Positions 26,237 through 38,441 of a stretch of 48,236 bases of DNA are shown here, piece after piece. Both the position numbers and the translations under genes were made by a program. Each line of letters starts with the position of its first letter. Position 1 is the first letter of the stretch. The DNA is taken from assembly GCF_001194135.2 (NCBI RefSeq), contig NC_068993.1, positions 28,235,729 through 28,283,964 of the forward strand, written 5' to 3'. The notes under the pieces were generated by a model, which was given only the letters and a program-made list of their open reading frames with translations, searched no databases and was not told the DNA's origin. Source of the stretch: Octopus bimaculoides. Lineage: Eukaryota.

Positions 26237-27100
26237 GTGAGTAAAATTTTCCTGTTTTCCTTCCTAAATGTTTTTTCTACTTTAATGTATTTTAAAAATA
26301 TTTTGTATTTCTGTTGCTACTTTAGCAGAGGACTTTCTGTTTACTGTACATTATTATGAGTGTAAGTAAGGATGCCAATGCCTCTGTCTTACCCTCTTAC
26401 CAATACTCCACTCTCTTTCTCATACTTAATATCCTCTTGCTCATCTTGAGACATATGCTTAAAGGAGCTTCTCAGATGCACATGAGACCCATACATTAAT
26501 CATAAAATAGCAAAGATCTTTTTGCTCTGTTGTTTTCTACTACATCATGTAGTATGCTCATGTTCATAACTTCCTTTCACCTTTTCCATTTCAAATTGTT
26601 ACATAGTCCCCAGTGAACCATTCAGGTGACATTGTCATGCCTTCTTTCGAGTTCTCTCTAAGCCAATTTGCTGCATTCACTTAATATATGCCACACTGTT
26701 TCTTCAATTTCACCACACATTTTGCATTTGTCAGTGTTTGTGGAATGACCAATTCTGTGTTTGATGTAATTTGATCTCAATGCTTGTTCCTGTGCTAGGC
26801 ATATCAAAGCCTCTGAATCTGTGTTTCTTGGTATCTCTCTCTCAAGAACTGACCATGCATCTTCTTACCCTTCCAGTTGTTTCCCTCCTTTGTTTCTGTT
26901 TTTAATTTGTATTACATCTTATACTGACTGCTTTTTGTATATAGCAAACCTGCCTTCCATACTTGCTCAAGTAGTGCTCCCTTTCATCTCTCACTCTCCT
27001 TTTGCCTATCATAAACTTACCTGCCCACTCACTCTATCCAATTCTTGGTTCCACTTCCCTTATATACACCTCCATGTAACTTGAGTGCACCCTTCTGTCA

Positions 27101-27154
<54 letters not shown>

Positions 27155-27289
27155 CCTCTCACCCCTTCTCTCTCTGAGGTAGCCATGTATCACCTTTCCT
27201 TCCCCTCTATTCATACTCTAATGTCTCTTCACCTGGCCACTTCCTTCAATACTACTCAGCCATCAGCTGAGGTGGGTTATTGTCTTGTA

Positions 27290-27500
27290 AGTTATTTGAT
27301 GACCTCATTGCCACTATTGCCATATAAAAAGCACCTGGTACACTTTATAAAGTGGTTGGTGTTAGGAAGGGCATCCAACCATAGATATCATACCAAAGCA
27401 GACAGTAAAGATTGGTAGTCTTCTGACTTGCCAGCTGGTGTCAAACCATCCAACTCATATCAGCATTGAAAATGGACATTAAATCAGGATGATGATGATG
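27290..27500 (+). mobile_element. RTE-type tail inserted in the R4 element
   Basis: aaaagcacc..gtggttggtgttaggaagggcatcc...ggacattaaat..gatgatgatg. Confidence 0.7.
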
Positions 27501-28255
27501 AATACAATCCTTACAACTTAGCTATCCCGGCCCTCCTTTCTTTCAACATCACTTTTTGAGTGAAATGTAGTGTATTGTCAGCAGTTCCTCTCTTCACTGA
27601 CATATTCCCCCTGCTCAGTATCTCCAAGAGAGCAATTGCCCATGTATTTATTACATAGAACTTATCCCTCTCATTCAGTTTAGTCTTCAAAATCAATCTC
27701 TGCCTTCTGTAATGCTCTTGAGAGAATATCTTCTTCATTTGGTTTTTCATCAGTTCATCTACTTCCAATATGCCCAGATATGTATATCCTTCATTTCAAT
27801 TCTCTTCATTAACTCTCCCATTGACAATATCATGCTATCCACTTGTTGGATTTTACCTATTTTTAAAATCAACACACAACATTTTTTTCAGCCTAAATTC
27901 CTTTCTAGTGCTCATGCAAAAGCAATGAATCAGTGAATTCAGCTATTATTCATCTTTCCCATAAATCTTTAAGTCATCTATAAAAAATAGACAGTTGATC
28001 ATATCTTTCCTTTATTTGAATTCATACCTAGCTTTTCTACTTTTCAAAATCGAAGTCAGTACTAAAAGCAATAGTGACAAGCTATCTCCTTGAAAGATTC
28101 AAGTTTTGATGTTGTTTAAGCCTAAGCTTTGCCTCTCTGATGTGAGTTCAGTGGTCTATCAATTCATTCTTTAGCTCAACAGATTCACAATATTTTGTGC
28201 AATTCCAAATATTTTCCAGCAATACATAATCCACAAATGAGGAGCTATATCATAT

Positions 28256-28760
28256 TGTAGTGGCGCGAAATTATAGCCACCATTGAGGAAGTACTATTCT
28301 GCGCATGCGCAGGGGATTTCACCACCGGAAGCCCCTCGAGTTGCACATGCGTAGTAAAACTCGTACTTAAGCAGTTACTTTCATTATCTCGGTGAGTTAA
28401 GCTCAGACCTTCTACATGACAACACCTCGCTCCTCCACGAAGCACTTTTACACTGTTCTCTGGCAGGTATCAAGGAAACCCTTAACCTTCCACTACCAAC
28501 TACAATATAATCAGCGGCTGCTAAGCTGAATGACAGGAATTTGTATAACCAAGTATCATCATAAATAAAACCTTTTTATTATATTGTAAATTGTTCTAAT
28601 GTCTCTTCATTAAAAATGCTGTTGAAAGGTGATAGAGAGAGACTAAAGTCTCTGTGACAACTATCATACCTATTTACACTGGTGACCCCCGACGTGATAC
28701 GAACACGCAGCCTTATTTACAATATGCTTTCCAGTGGTCTATCCATGCATCCCTAAGTTT
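28256..28760 (+). mobile_element. Gypsy-type 5' LTR (28256-28678) with tRNA-Trp primer binding site (28680-28698)
   Basis: TGTAG...TTACA ends; AATAAA at 28564; tggtgacccccgacgtgat is complementary to the tRNA-Trp 3' end apart from one extra C. Confidence 0.75.
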
Positions 28761-28789
28761 GTTTTGTGCTTTTTGCAGTCTTTCAGCAC

Positions 28790-29370
28790 TGTCTTATCTA
28801 TCAATCATTGATCTTTGGTTCCTCTACATCCATGTTTGCACCATTTTTATTCTTCCGGGAAGATGTACATTTCATTTGTCAGTATTCCATTTAACAGCTG
28901 TCATGCATGGGAAATGAAAAGAGGTTCACCTACCTTCCTCTCTTGTCTTCACCTTCCGGTCAGTCCCTTGACCATTGACGTCATGACCCTCATCTTCTGG
29001 CTCATCCCCACACACCCCGCTGATCTCAAAGATCACCTCCTCACTTCACTCTATGTCAAAATCTTCCACCCATCTGGGTGGGCACCTTGCACGTTGTGAT
29101 CTTAAGCTGGGAACCTCATTCTCTTCCTCCTTTCCACACTCATCATCCAACGAAGCGACAATCCTACAAAGATTTAAGACATGACATGGCATTCCATCCA
29201 CAGAAATGGTTTTTTTTTTAGAATTGAAAGTCATCACTATAACTCTGTTCGACTGAGTTGTGCAGCATGCCTTTGTTGGCTTGATCCAGACTTCATTTCC
29301 CACCTCTACGAAGACGGGCTCTCTCTCTTCTACAGAACATCTCAATGGTTTACTTGGATGCCTAGTGCCT
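28790..29370 (-). mobile_element. Gypsy 3' end: integrase C-terminus, PPT and 3' LTR start
   Basis: VGNEVWIKP..CCTT...SVDGMPCHVL...LRSQRARCPPRW (29046-29345); purine-rich gcggggtg then TGT at 29012; left LTR boundary approximate. Confidence 0.7.
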
Positions 29371-30820
29371 TATGCATCCCTGTAAGCAGTACTGTAATTT
29401 GGTATTTAGTTTATTCCTGATGTTTTCCATTTGTTTGTTTTTTTTACTGAAAGCCTTGCTTCAGTTCTGGTATCCAATCCTGCTGTTCATCTTACTTCAG
29501 TCTTTTATGTTCTTTATTGATCCAGAATGCTGCCACATTATATTCCTTTGGTTTGCTCCATATGTTCTTCCAGAATTTCTCAACTTTCTCTATGTATGAT
29601 GATTTCTTTACTTCTATTTATTATTTCTCTAATTCTCTGTTGAATGCTTTTTCCTCCATCTGGAAAATTTTGTTTTGTCTGTAAAACGTATTTCTCTTAT
29701 TAAACTTATTGCACTTTCACCTGAATATGCTACTTCAGAGTTTCCATGATTGTTGGAAGAGTGTCTTGGCTACTTATTATATATTTCCTTTCCCATTCCT
29801 TGCCTTTTTTGTCTTAACATTCACACTTCTTTATATTCTTTGACATTCTATTTCCTTATGTATCTTAACTTTCTACTTAAGTAAATGACATGTTTTCTTT
29901 ATTGGTCTTCAATTTAATATTCTTTTGGGTGCTAAGAGCTTTTGCTGTTGAGTACACAAGGTTATTTATAGTTATAAAGACCCTTATCATTTTCCATTAG
30001 TAGTTCTTTCATTGCTGGATTATATACACTTCTATTTTGTGAGAAGGTTTTCTCACTATTTCAGAATTTTGGAAGTGGATCTCTATTTTTTATTTCTGTA
30101 TGTAAGTTCTTATTTCTCTAACAGCACCCTTTTTAGCTTCTTTCTTCTCTTGTTCAAGGAATGGTAAATCATCTTTTCATTTTCATCAACATTTAGAGCT
30201 TCAGTTTTGTTCAAGTTGATCATTGTTGCAGATCTCATTTATTTGTTGTGCAATTTAGTTTTAGCTCATATTATGGATGGTAATAACAGGTGTCCTAGCA
30301 TTTGTGTCTTGTTTAGGGACCTGACTGGCTTTTGTTTTTAATTGTTCCAGTTCTGCTTGTGCAAGTCTGTGGTTTCTCATCATGTCCTTTTTAGTGTTAC
30401 TTAGTTTACTAGTATTCATATTTGGCCTTTGGTTTTCCCCATAATTTTCCCCTATATATGTTTGCTCAGTAATGTTGTTCTGAGGTCTTTTCAGAGCTGT
30501 CATTATTTCTTTGGTCCATTTTAGTTTCACACTTTGAGTTCTGGTGTTATTTGGTGGTGGATTTCCAGCAGTTCAGGGGTGGGGTTCTCTCAGTTCTATT
30601 ACCATCTACAGCAGCATTATGAGAATTTGTTCCAGGTACCAGTTTTTAAATCCCAGCCTGGTTCCTCACTGGAGGATGTGACCCTTGGTAATCCATGTGA
30701 TGTATGTTGGAGGTGATTAGGGTATTACACATTAAGATTTGAGTTTCCATTTTATTCTTACTGTCAGGTAATAGTTATCTACCAACTATTAGGTTTACCT
30801 AAAGAAGCTCAGACTTATAT

Positions 30821-31050
30821 TATTAAATGATAATATTTTGTAGCTAGGAAGAATTTTGTTATTAAATGATAATTTTTCATAGTTACAAAGAATTATTTTG
30901 TTGTTAAATGATATTTCATACTTTGAAAGAATTATTTTAGTTGTTAATTGATATTTCACAATTAGAAAGAAATATTTTTGTTGTTGAATTTCTTACTTTT
31001 AAAGAATTATTTTTATTTTTAAATGGTTATATTTTATAGTTAGAAATATG
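30821..31050. repeat. Degenerate minisatellite, about 40 bp x 6
   Basis: ttaaatgata(a)tttcatagttagaaagaattattttgttg repeated head to tail. Confidence 0.75.
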
Positions 31051-32102
31051 TCTAGGATGTTACCTGATAGTGTGTATCTCAGAGATGAAGGAATTTATCA
31101 GGTCAAGATGCTAATTCTCTGTTTTGAGGCATCACAGCACCAGTAATACAGACATGTGATTAGAATGTTGCAGGAAAGAATCACATAATGGATTCTTCAA
31201 GCTGAGATAACCTACAGGAGACCTATGAGGAGACCAAAAATGAAATGGTCGGATATCCATAGTCTCAGTTGGTCATACTTGGGGACCCAGCTGGAAAGTC
31301 TGTGAAGGGTTGCTTCTGACAGGACCCTGTGGAGGTGGTGTCTGAGGCTTTACTCCTGTGACCTACCCGGTAATAGTAAATAGAGAAGGTGAATGGAAAT
31401 GATAGTATTTCATAGTTATAAAGAAATATTTTCATTTTTAAATGAGTCTGTTTCATAGCCCAAATGAATTATTTTCGTAACTCTCTCCAGTGGGGAGGTG
31501 AATATAACATGCACTTGTTGATGAGATACAGGAGAAAGAGAGAGAAAAAAATTTAAGATAGCTGAGAACTTGTGTTGTAGATTATGAGTTTGAATTGTGT
31601 GAGATTTATAAGTCAATGGGACAACATGAAGAGGAAAAATGTAGTTCTGATGAGAAAAATGTATAGTGTCTAACTTGAGAGACAGAATTTATTACAGCTT
31701 TGGGCAGCATAGTTTCTGGACATCTTGCTATGGAGGCTAGACAGTGTGGTTTATGTACATGTTAGTGTCAGTTATGAATATATTTGTGTGGGTAGACAAA
31801 TTAGTGTAGGATGTGGTTTATAGGGATATTAGTGTGGCCTATGGGCAGTACAATTGGATATGGGTAAAAAACAACAATATAGACTGTGATATCAATACAG
31901 TAAAGTTTGTATTTCTATTCACTTTGAAGCTTCTGTTTTGTGCATCAAAATTAATGTTGAGTTCTATACAGTAAGTTTATTATGGAATGGATGCAGATGG
32001 TAAAATTAGATGTGTGTGTGTGTGTGAACTTTTGTGTGCAAGAAAGTAGCCAAAATGATTTGTATAATCTACCCTTCCATGTGTTTTCTTATTTTATACA
32101 TT

Positions 32103-32475
32103 TCTTTTTAATTGTTTCAGTCATTGGACTGTGGCTATACTGGAGCACCTTATTAAAAAAATAAATGCTGGAGTCAAACAAATTGACCTCCGTACATATT
32201 TTTTTAAAGCCTGGTACTTATTCTCTGTCTCTTTTGCCAAATTGCTAGTTACTGAGACAGAAACATACCATTAGTTGTCAAGTGGTGGTGGGAAACAAAC
32301 ACAAACACACATGCACACATGCTTTTTTTTATTTTCCATCTACCAAATTACTCACAAGACTTTGATCAGTCCAATACTATAGAAGACACCTGCCCAATGT
32401 GCTGCACAATGGAACTGAACCCAGAACCATGTGGTTGAGAAGCAAACTTCTTACCACACAGCCGTGTCTGTGCCT
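32103..32475 (-). mobile_element. Composite SINE, antisense, directly upstream of exon H
   Basis: Same modules as 12817-13200. Confidence 0.85.
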
Positions 32476-32501
32476 ATATTTTATTCATATTTTTATTACA
32501 G

Positions 32502-32662
32502 GAGTTCTAATGTGGGAAATCTTTACCTGTGGTGATGAACCATATGCTGATAAATCCAACACTGAGGTCCTTGAGTTGGTTTGTAGTAGCAATGCCCGGC
32601 TGGAGAAGCCTATTACGTGTCCAAAGGATATATACCAAGAAATGAGAATGTGCTGGAAGAAA
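32502..32662 (+). CDS. Btk29A-like: Exon H: C-lobe (GVLMWEIFTCGDEPY...CPKDIYQEMRMCWKK)
   Basis: ttacag acceptor, AAA|GTGAGT donor; 161 nt, phase 1 to 0. Confidence 0.92.
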
Positions 32663-34669
32663 GTGAGTATTATATTTCTGTTTTAGGATCAGATAATGGA
32701 AATCTTCCTTACACCATCTCTTTCCCTCTATCTCTCTCTCTCTCTCTTTCCTACTCTCTCCTTCTTTCCATAAACAGCTTTATATACCAATATTCAGTCG
32801 AATCGTCCAACCCATGCTAGCATGGAAAGCAGACGTTAAACGATGACGACAATTACCTCTTAGAGACTAGGTTTCCCATTTCACAATCACACCCATCCAT
32901 GATCAGTTGCCAACAACCTTCTAAGCTTCAACCCACATTACACTACTATACATTCATGCAACGATGCAGCTGCTGCCATTGCTACATGTGCAAGCAGGTT
33001 AGACTACATCATCACCCCCACCCCTACCCATCCCTCAAAAAAATTCATCCAACTGCTTAACAAAGTTTCAGTCATCAGCAAACTGTTTTTTCTTCATCTC
33101 TTCTACAGTTACTAAAACAGCATCTACAGAGATTCATTCACCAACGGCTGTTGCTAGTAGTAGATTGCTGAATAAACTATTAGAGAGCAGTTGGTGACAG
33201 AGTGTTGTATAAATTATGAGAGGCAGTTGGTGGTAAATCTGGTAGAGTACTGGGTAAAATTGTCTGTAGTATTTAGAGGAATCTCTCTTTATACTTTGAA
33301 TCATACTGGGGATCAGCTTTATCTTCCATATTTTCCAAGTTCCAGTCCCTAAAAAGGTATGGCTTTGTGTCTACCTTATAAATTGTTGTTGTTATTGCTG
33401 TTGATGTTGTTGTGATTAAGTACCAGAAAAATGGCTGATTGTCAAATCGCTTTGAGATATTTAGTTATATTTCCTTACATTCTGTGTTCAAATTTCATTA
33501 TGGCTAACTTTGACTTTCAACCTTTTGGTTTGGCCACATTGGAAATCTTTATGATCATTGTTGAAGTGGAGCATTAGGCCTCTGAAATGTTGCCTGGCAG
33601 TCACTGCTCACTAAGACTGAATAATGGGATTATGGGGTTAGTAAAAGTCAACACTTGCATTTTATATAGTGCTAATAAGCAGCAATGGTCTAGAAACAAT
33701 TGTGTGTGTCAACAAGGACAGTTGTAGCAGGAAAGGGTAGCTATGGCAAAGGAAGTTATAGGGGATGTTGTTAAAAGGCTTAAGGATTGAGCTTTCTTTC
33801 TTTGACTATGCCCTTATCAATTCTTTAAGTACCACTTGAAGAGCATGGTGGAATGGCAGATGGTACACTTGTGTTTTTTTATGAAAGGTGAGTGAGAGCA
33901 TCAAGATTGATGAAGCTAAATTGATCCACACTGATTGTGGCTGTAAACAAGAAGTGAGAAGTGACACTAAGGAATCAATAAAATAGACTCTTCCCTCTCC
34001 TAAATTCCAAGTCTTGGGACTATATTTGAAGCAATCATTAGAATGTCAGAACAAATATCTTGTGTTATTTGTTCCAGCTCTTTACACTCACAGTTCAAAT
34101 TCGACTAGGGTCAACTTTGACATTCATCCGTTTGTGGTCAGTAATGAAAGTGGCAGTCAAGGACTGGGGTCAGTATTATCAACTAGCTCCCTCTCCTTGT
34201 ACCTATGCTAAAAACATTATTTAGAAGGTAGTAATATATATGGTAGAGTGTTTAAATTGCAGCATTTAGTTTGTTGTCTAGAATTGATGTTCTACTACTA
34301 CTACTAGTAGTAGTAGTAGTAGTAGTATAGCTGTAGTAATAATAATGTAGTATCATAGTAACAAAGAAATAACATAATAGTAATACTAATAATAATATTG
34401 CTGGACTTGAATGCTTCAGCCACAACATTCCTACAAATATGTGTGACCTTGTACCACAGTTAGAGGACATTGCTGCTAGAGCAGTGGTGGAATGTGAAGT
34501 GTAGACACAATAGACATTGAAAGAACATTTAACAGAGTTAAATGTTCTTTCAATGTCTACTAAGTTCAAATTTTGTCAGAATTGATTTTAGTTTTTAATC
34601 AAATTTACAATCTCTTAATGCCTGACCTTTGAAATCAAATTACATTCTCCATAGATTCAGATTCAAGAA

Positions 34670-35275
34670 ATTTGAACCTGAAATCGAAATCGAACCGAAT
34701 CCGACGACTGGCATCCATGCCAACCTCTCCTTCATTGGACACTAAACTCTGCTTGCGAAGACTTGTTGAGGCAAGTGAAATCGAAATTGAACCATACTCG
34801 ATGACTGGTCACCGCACCAGTGGAGCACTAACAGCACTGTCGAGCATGTTCATTGCCAGAGCAGCTGTCTGGCTTTCGTGCTAGTGGCCCGTAAATAGCA
34901 CCATTAGAGCGTTATCGTTACCGGCGTTGCCTTCTAACACTCGTGCTGGCAGCACGTTAGAAAATCATTCGAGCGAGATCATTGCCAGTGCCCCTGGACT
35001 GGCTCTTGTGCAGGTGGCACATAAAATACACCATTTTGAGTGTGGCCGTTACCAGTACCGCCTGACTGGCCTTCGTGCGGGTGACACGTAAAAGCACCCA
35101 CTACACTCTCTGAGTGGTTGGCGTTAGGAAGGGCATCCAGCTGTAGAAACTCTGCCAAATCAGATTGGAGCCTGGTGTAGCCATCTGGTTTCACCAGTCC
35201 GCAGTCAAATCGTCCAACCCATGCTAGCATGGAAAGCGGACGTTAAATGATGATGATGATGATGATGATGATAAT
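34670..35275 (+). mobile_element. Young CpG-rich RTE-tail element with internal sub-repeats and (GAT)n tail
   Basis: Many CpGs retained; shared RTE tail; four units of about 65 nt. Confidence 0.8.
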
Positions 35276-35964
35276 GCCTGACCTTGTGTCAGCCAAAGTT
35301 AGCTATCAATTATTAGTGTGGCAGAAAATGTGGATCATACCAGACTAAAAATTCTGTACAGTATTTACTTTCCTCTTAATATTTCAAATTCAAATCTTGT
35401 TGAGTCAATGTAACATTTTCATTCTGTCACAGTTGATGAAATAATTAATGGCCATGTCTGGAATTGTTTCTTCAGATTACAGCCCTTCTCTGCAAATGTG
35501 GCCCTATGCTTAGTCTTTTGCTGGTTTCAATCTTTAGACTGCAGGCATGTTGAGACACCAACATTTTCCAGGATTTTAGTGAAACTAATACTTAATTTTT
35601 TAGATATCTGTTTATTGATTGATTAGGTCCACCTTGAGGTTAAGAGATGTAACTCACTACCAAAATACCACAAGGTAGTTTTTGTTTGATTCAGTAATTG
35701 ATGTCTTGTCAATACACATATCATCATCATAGATTTATAATGTTCACTTTTCTGTGGGTTGGAGAGAGTTGATTGAGGCAGCCAGATGCTCTCCTTGTTG
35801 CCAACCTTTACTTGTTCTCAAGCATGGTAATATTTCTCCATGGCCACACACGTTTTTGGAAAATATTTGAGATGAGTGACATTCCTTTTCAACAAATATG
35901 TTGTCAAGATAAGACACAAACATTTACACTCACTTGTATACGTATATACATACATATTCATATA

Positions 35965-36325
35965 AAATGGGCTTCTTTTAGTTTCCATCTACCAAATCCA
36001 CTCACAAGATTTTGGTCAGCTGAGGGCTATAGTAGATGACACTTGCTGAAGGTACTATGCAGTAGGACTGGATCCAAATCCATGTATTTAGGAAGCAAAA
36101 TTCTTAACCATGTAGCCATGCCTGTGCCCATTAGATGTATCATATCTACTTTTATACATGTAATGGATTTCCATACAGTTTCCACCTGCCAAGCTTCACT
36201 CATGAGGTATGGTCAACTTAGGCCATTGTAGAAGACACTCAACCAAGATGTTATATAGTGTAATCAAACCCAGAACTAAGTAGTTGCAAAACTAACTTCT
36301 TAAACCACATAGCCACATCTAAAAA
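35965..36325 (-). mobile_element. Two tandem antisense SINE heads
   Basis: tttagtttccatctaccaaatccactcacaag... and tccacctgccaagcttcactcatgagg... Confidence 0.7.
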
Positions 36326-36334
36326 ATATTTTTA

Positions 36335-37425
36335 TCATTATCATCATCATCATCAAACGTCCATTGTCCATGCTGACATGGGTTGGACAGTTTGACCAGG
36401 GATAGTAAGCTGAAGGGCTGCACCAGACTCCAGTCTGATTTGGCATGGTTTCTACAACTGGATACCTTTCCTAACACCAACCACTCTGAGAGTGTAATGG
36501 GTACTTTTACATGTCACGGCATGGGTGCTAGTTGCATGACACCAATATCTGCCATGACTATGATTTCACTTGGCTTGATAGGTCTTCTCAAGCACAGCAT
36601 ATCGCCAAGGATCTTGGTCATTTGTCATTGCCTCCGTGAGGCCCAGCATTCGAATATCATGCTCCACCACCTTGTCCCATGTCTTCCTGGGTCTACCTCT
36701 ACCACAGGTTCCCTCACAGTTAAAGATCGGCACTCCTTTACACATCTGTCCTTGTTCACATGTATCACATGACCATATTAGCACTCAACATCTGATGCCA
36801 CTTGTGCCCAACTTTTCTCTCAAGACAGCCACACTCTGTCATACATGCACACTGACGTTGCACATCCAGCAAAACATACTAGCTTCATTTCTTTCATGTC
36901 TACGGATGTCCTTAGCAATCACAGCCCATGTTTCACTGTTGTGTTGCATAGCTGTTTGCACACAAGCATCATACAGTTTGCTTTCACTCTGATGGAGAGG
37001 CCCTTTGTTGCCAACAGAGGTAGAAGCTCTCTGAACTTTGCCCAGCCTATTCTTATTCTCGCAGCTATGCTCTCAGAGCATCCACCTCCACTACTGACTT
37101 GGTCACCTAAATAACAAGCTGTCAACTAACTAGCTTACCCCACTGGCAATCAATGGAGTCTATTTTCTGTACAATTTTAGTGTTTTTGGTACCTCTGCAT
37201 CTTCCTTCCCCAGTTAATCTTCCTTTGATATTGCTGCACCTCTTATGTGACCATCGCTTGCACCAGATACATCTTATGGAGGTTCTACCTATGTCTTTCC
37301 TACAGATTGAGCAGGGCCATCTACCTAAAGGGATTTGTGATTTGTCTGCTTTCCTACTTACTAAGACTTTGATTTTTGCTAGGTTAACTCTAAGGCCCTT
37401 TGATTCTAGACCCTGCTTCCACACC
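36335..37425 (-). mobile_element. 5'-truncated RTE/RTEX-like LINE (RT end, Cys-rich insert, thumb, 3' UTR)
   Basis: WKQGLESKGLRVNLAK, CSIC..C..C..WSHKRC, CYLGD..SSGGGCSESIAARIRIGWAKFRELLPLL, GRGRPRKTW; (CAT)n tail at about 36335. Confidence 0.88.
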
Positions 37426-37444
37426 TGAAATTTCTTCTCTAGTT

Positions 37445-37506
37445 CTGGTAGTGATTCAGATATAAGAACACTGGTAGTGATTCAGATATAAGAACACTGG
37501 TAGTGA
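37445..37506. repeat. Perfect 26-bp tandem duplication (2.4 copies)
   Basis: ctggtagtgattcagatataagaaca twice, then ctggtagtga. Confidence 0.95.
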
Positions 37507-37577
37507 CTCTCTTCATAATGCTATATTGTCCATTGCAAAATCCTACAGTAAATGTTTTACTCATTCTATTCTTGCAG

Positions 37578-37658
37578 AACCCAGATGAACGATATTCATT
37601 TTCTACTCTACGAGAAAACTTAAGTAATTTATTGGAACTATTCATCACCCAAAATTAA
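37578..37658 (+). CDS. Btk29A-like: Exon I: terminal coding exon (NPDERYSFSTLRENLSNLLELFITQN*)
   Basis: cttgcag acceptor, phase 0, subdomain XI Arg, TAA at 37656-37658. The exact C-terminus could differ if an internal donor is used (see findings). Confidence 0.8.
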   Translation, partial: NPDERYSFSTLRENLSNLLELFITQN

Positions 37659-38102
37659 ATGAATTTTTTAAAAAATGTGGCTGCCACCAGAAATATGAAT
37701 TATAAAACATACTTCTCTTCTTCACAAACAACACAAAATATCTCTTGCCGGTGATGTTGGTTTTGTTTTCTACTGTTTTTGCCTGTTTTTTTCTTTCTTT
37801 CATTTTCTCTTCATTTCTGTCAAATTGTGACAATATTGTGGCAGAAATCATAATACAAAACTTTTAATGCAATGCACATTTTGAAAGAAAAATTAAAAAA
37901 CAGTAAAAGCAACATTTAAACAAACAAAAATTTTAAAAATATAAATTTTTTGACTGGGGTAAAAATATATTATTGTAAAATTTTTTGTTTTCTTTACTGC
38001 TTAATAGACAAAAGAGTGAATAAGATGAAAGGAAATGACACTGAAATGATGGAAAGAAAGTTTAAAATGATCAAAATACAACTATCTATCTATATATATA
38101 TA

Positions 38103-38404
38103 TAGGCATAGGAGTCGTTGTGTGGTAAGTAGCTTGCTAACCAACCACATGGTTCTGGGTTCAGTCCCACTGTGTGGCACCTTGGGCAAGTGTCTTCTAT
38201 TATAGCCTCGGGCCAACCAAAGCCTTGTGGGTGGATTTGATAGACGGAAACTGAAAGAAGCCCATCGTNNNNNNNNNNNNNNNNNNNNNNNNNNNNNNNN
38301 NNNNNNNNNNNNNNNNNNNNNNNNNNNNNNNNNNNNNNNNNNNNNNNNNNNNNNNNNNNNNNNNNNNNNNNNNNNNNNNNNNNNNNNNNNNNNNNNNNNN
38401 NNNN

Positions 38405-38441
<37 letters not shown>

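Larger units (their letters stand above)
26440..30720 (-). mobile_element. Second, older R4/Dong element, fragmented by later insertions
   Basis: CCHC region AQEQALRSNYIK..KCKMC..ETVWHILSEC..RRHDNV (26590-26800); INTWAI (27511-27768); IFQGDSLS and FIDDLK (27960-28110); N-terminal KLKWTKE (30261-30530). Confidence 0.85.

Noticed and set aside
37445-37506. Direct repeats as a CRISPR array (also 30821-31050 and 34877-35100)
   Set aside because: No unique spacers, no cas genes, and a spliced eukaryotic context.
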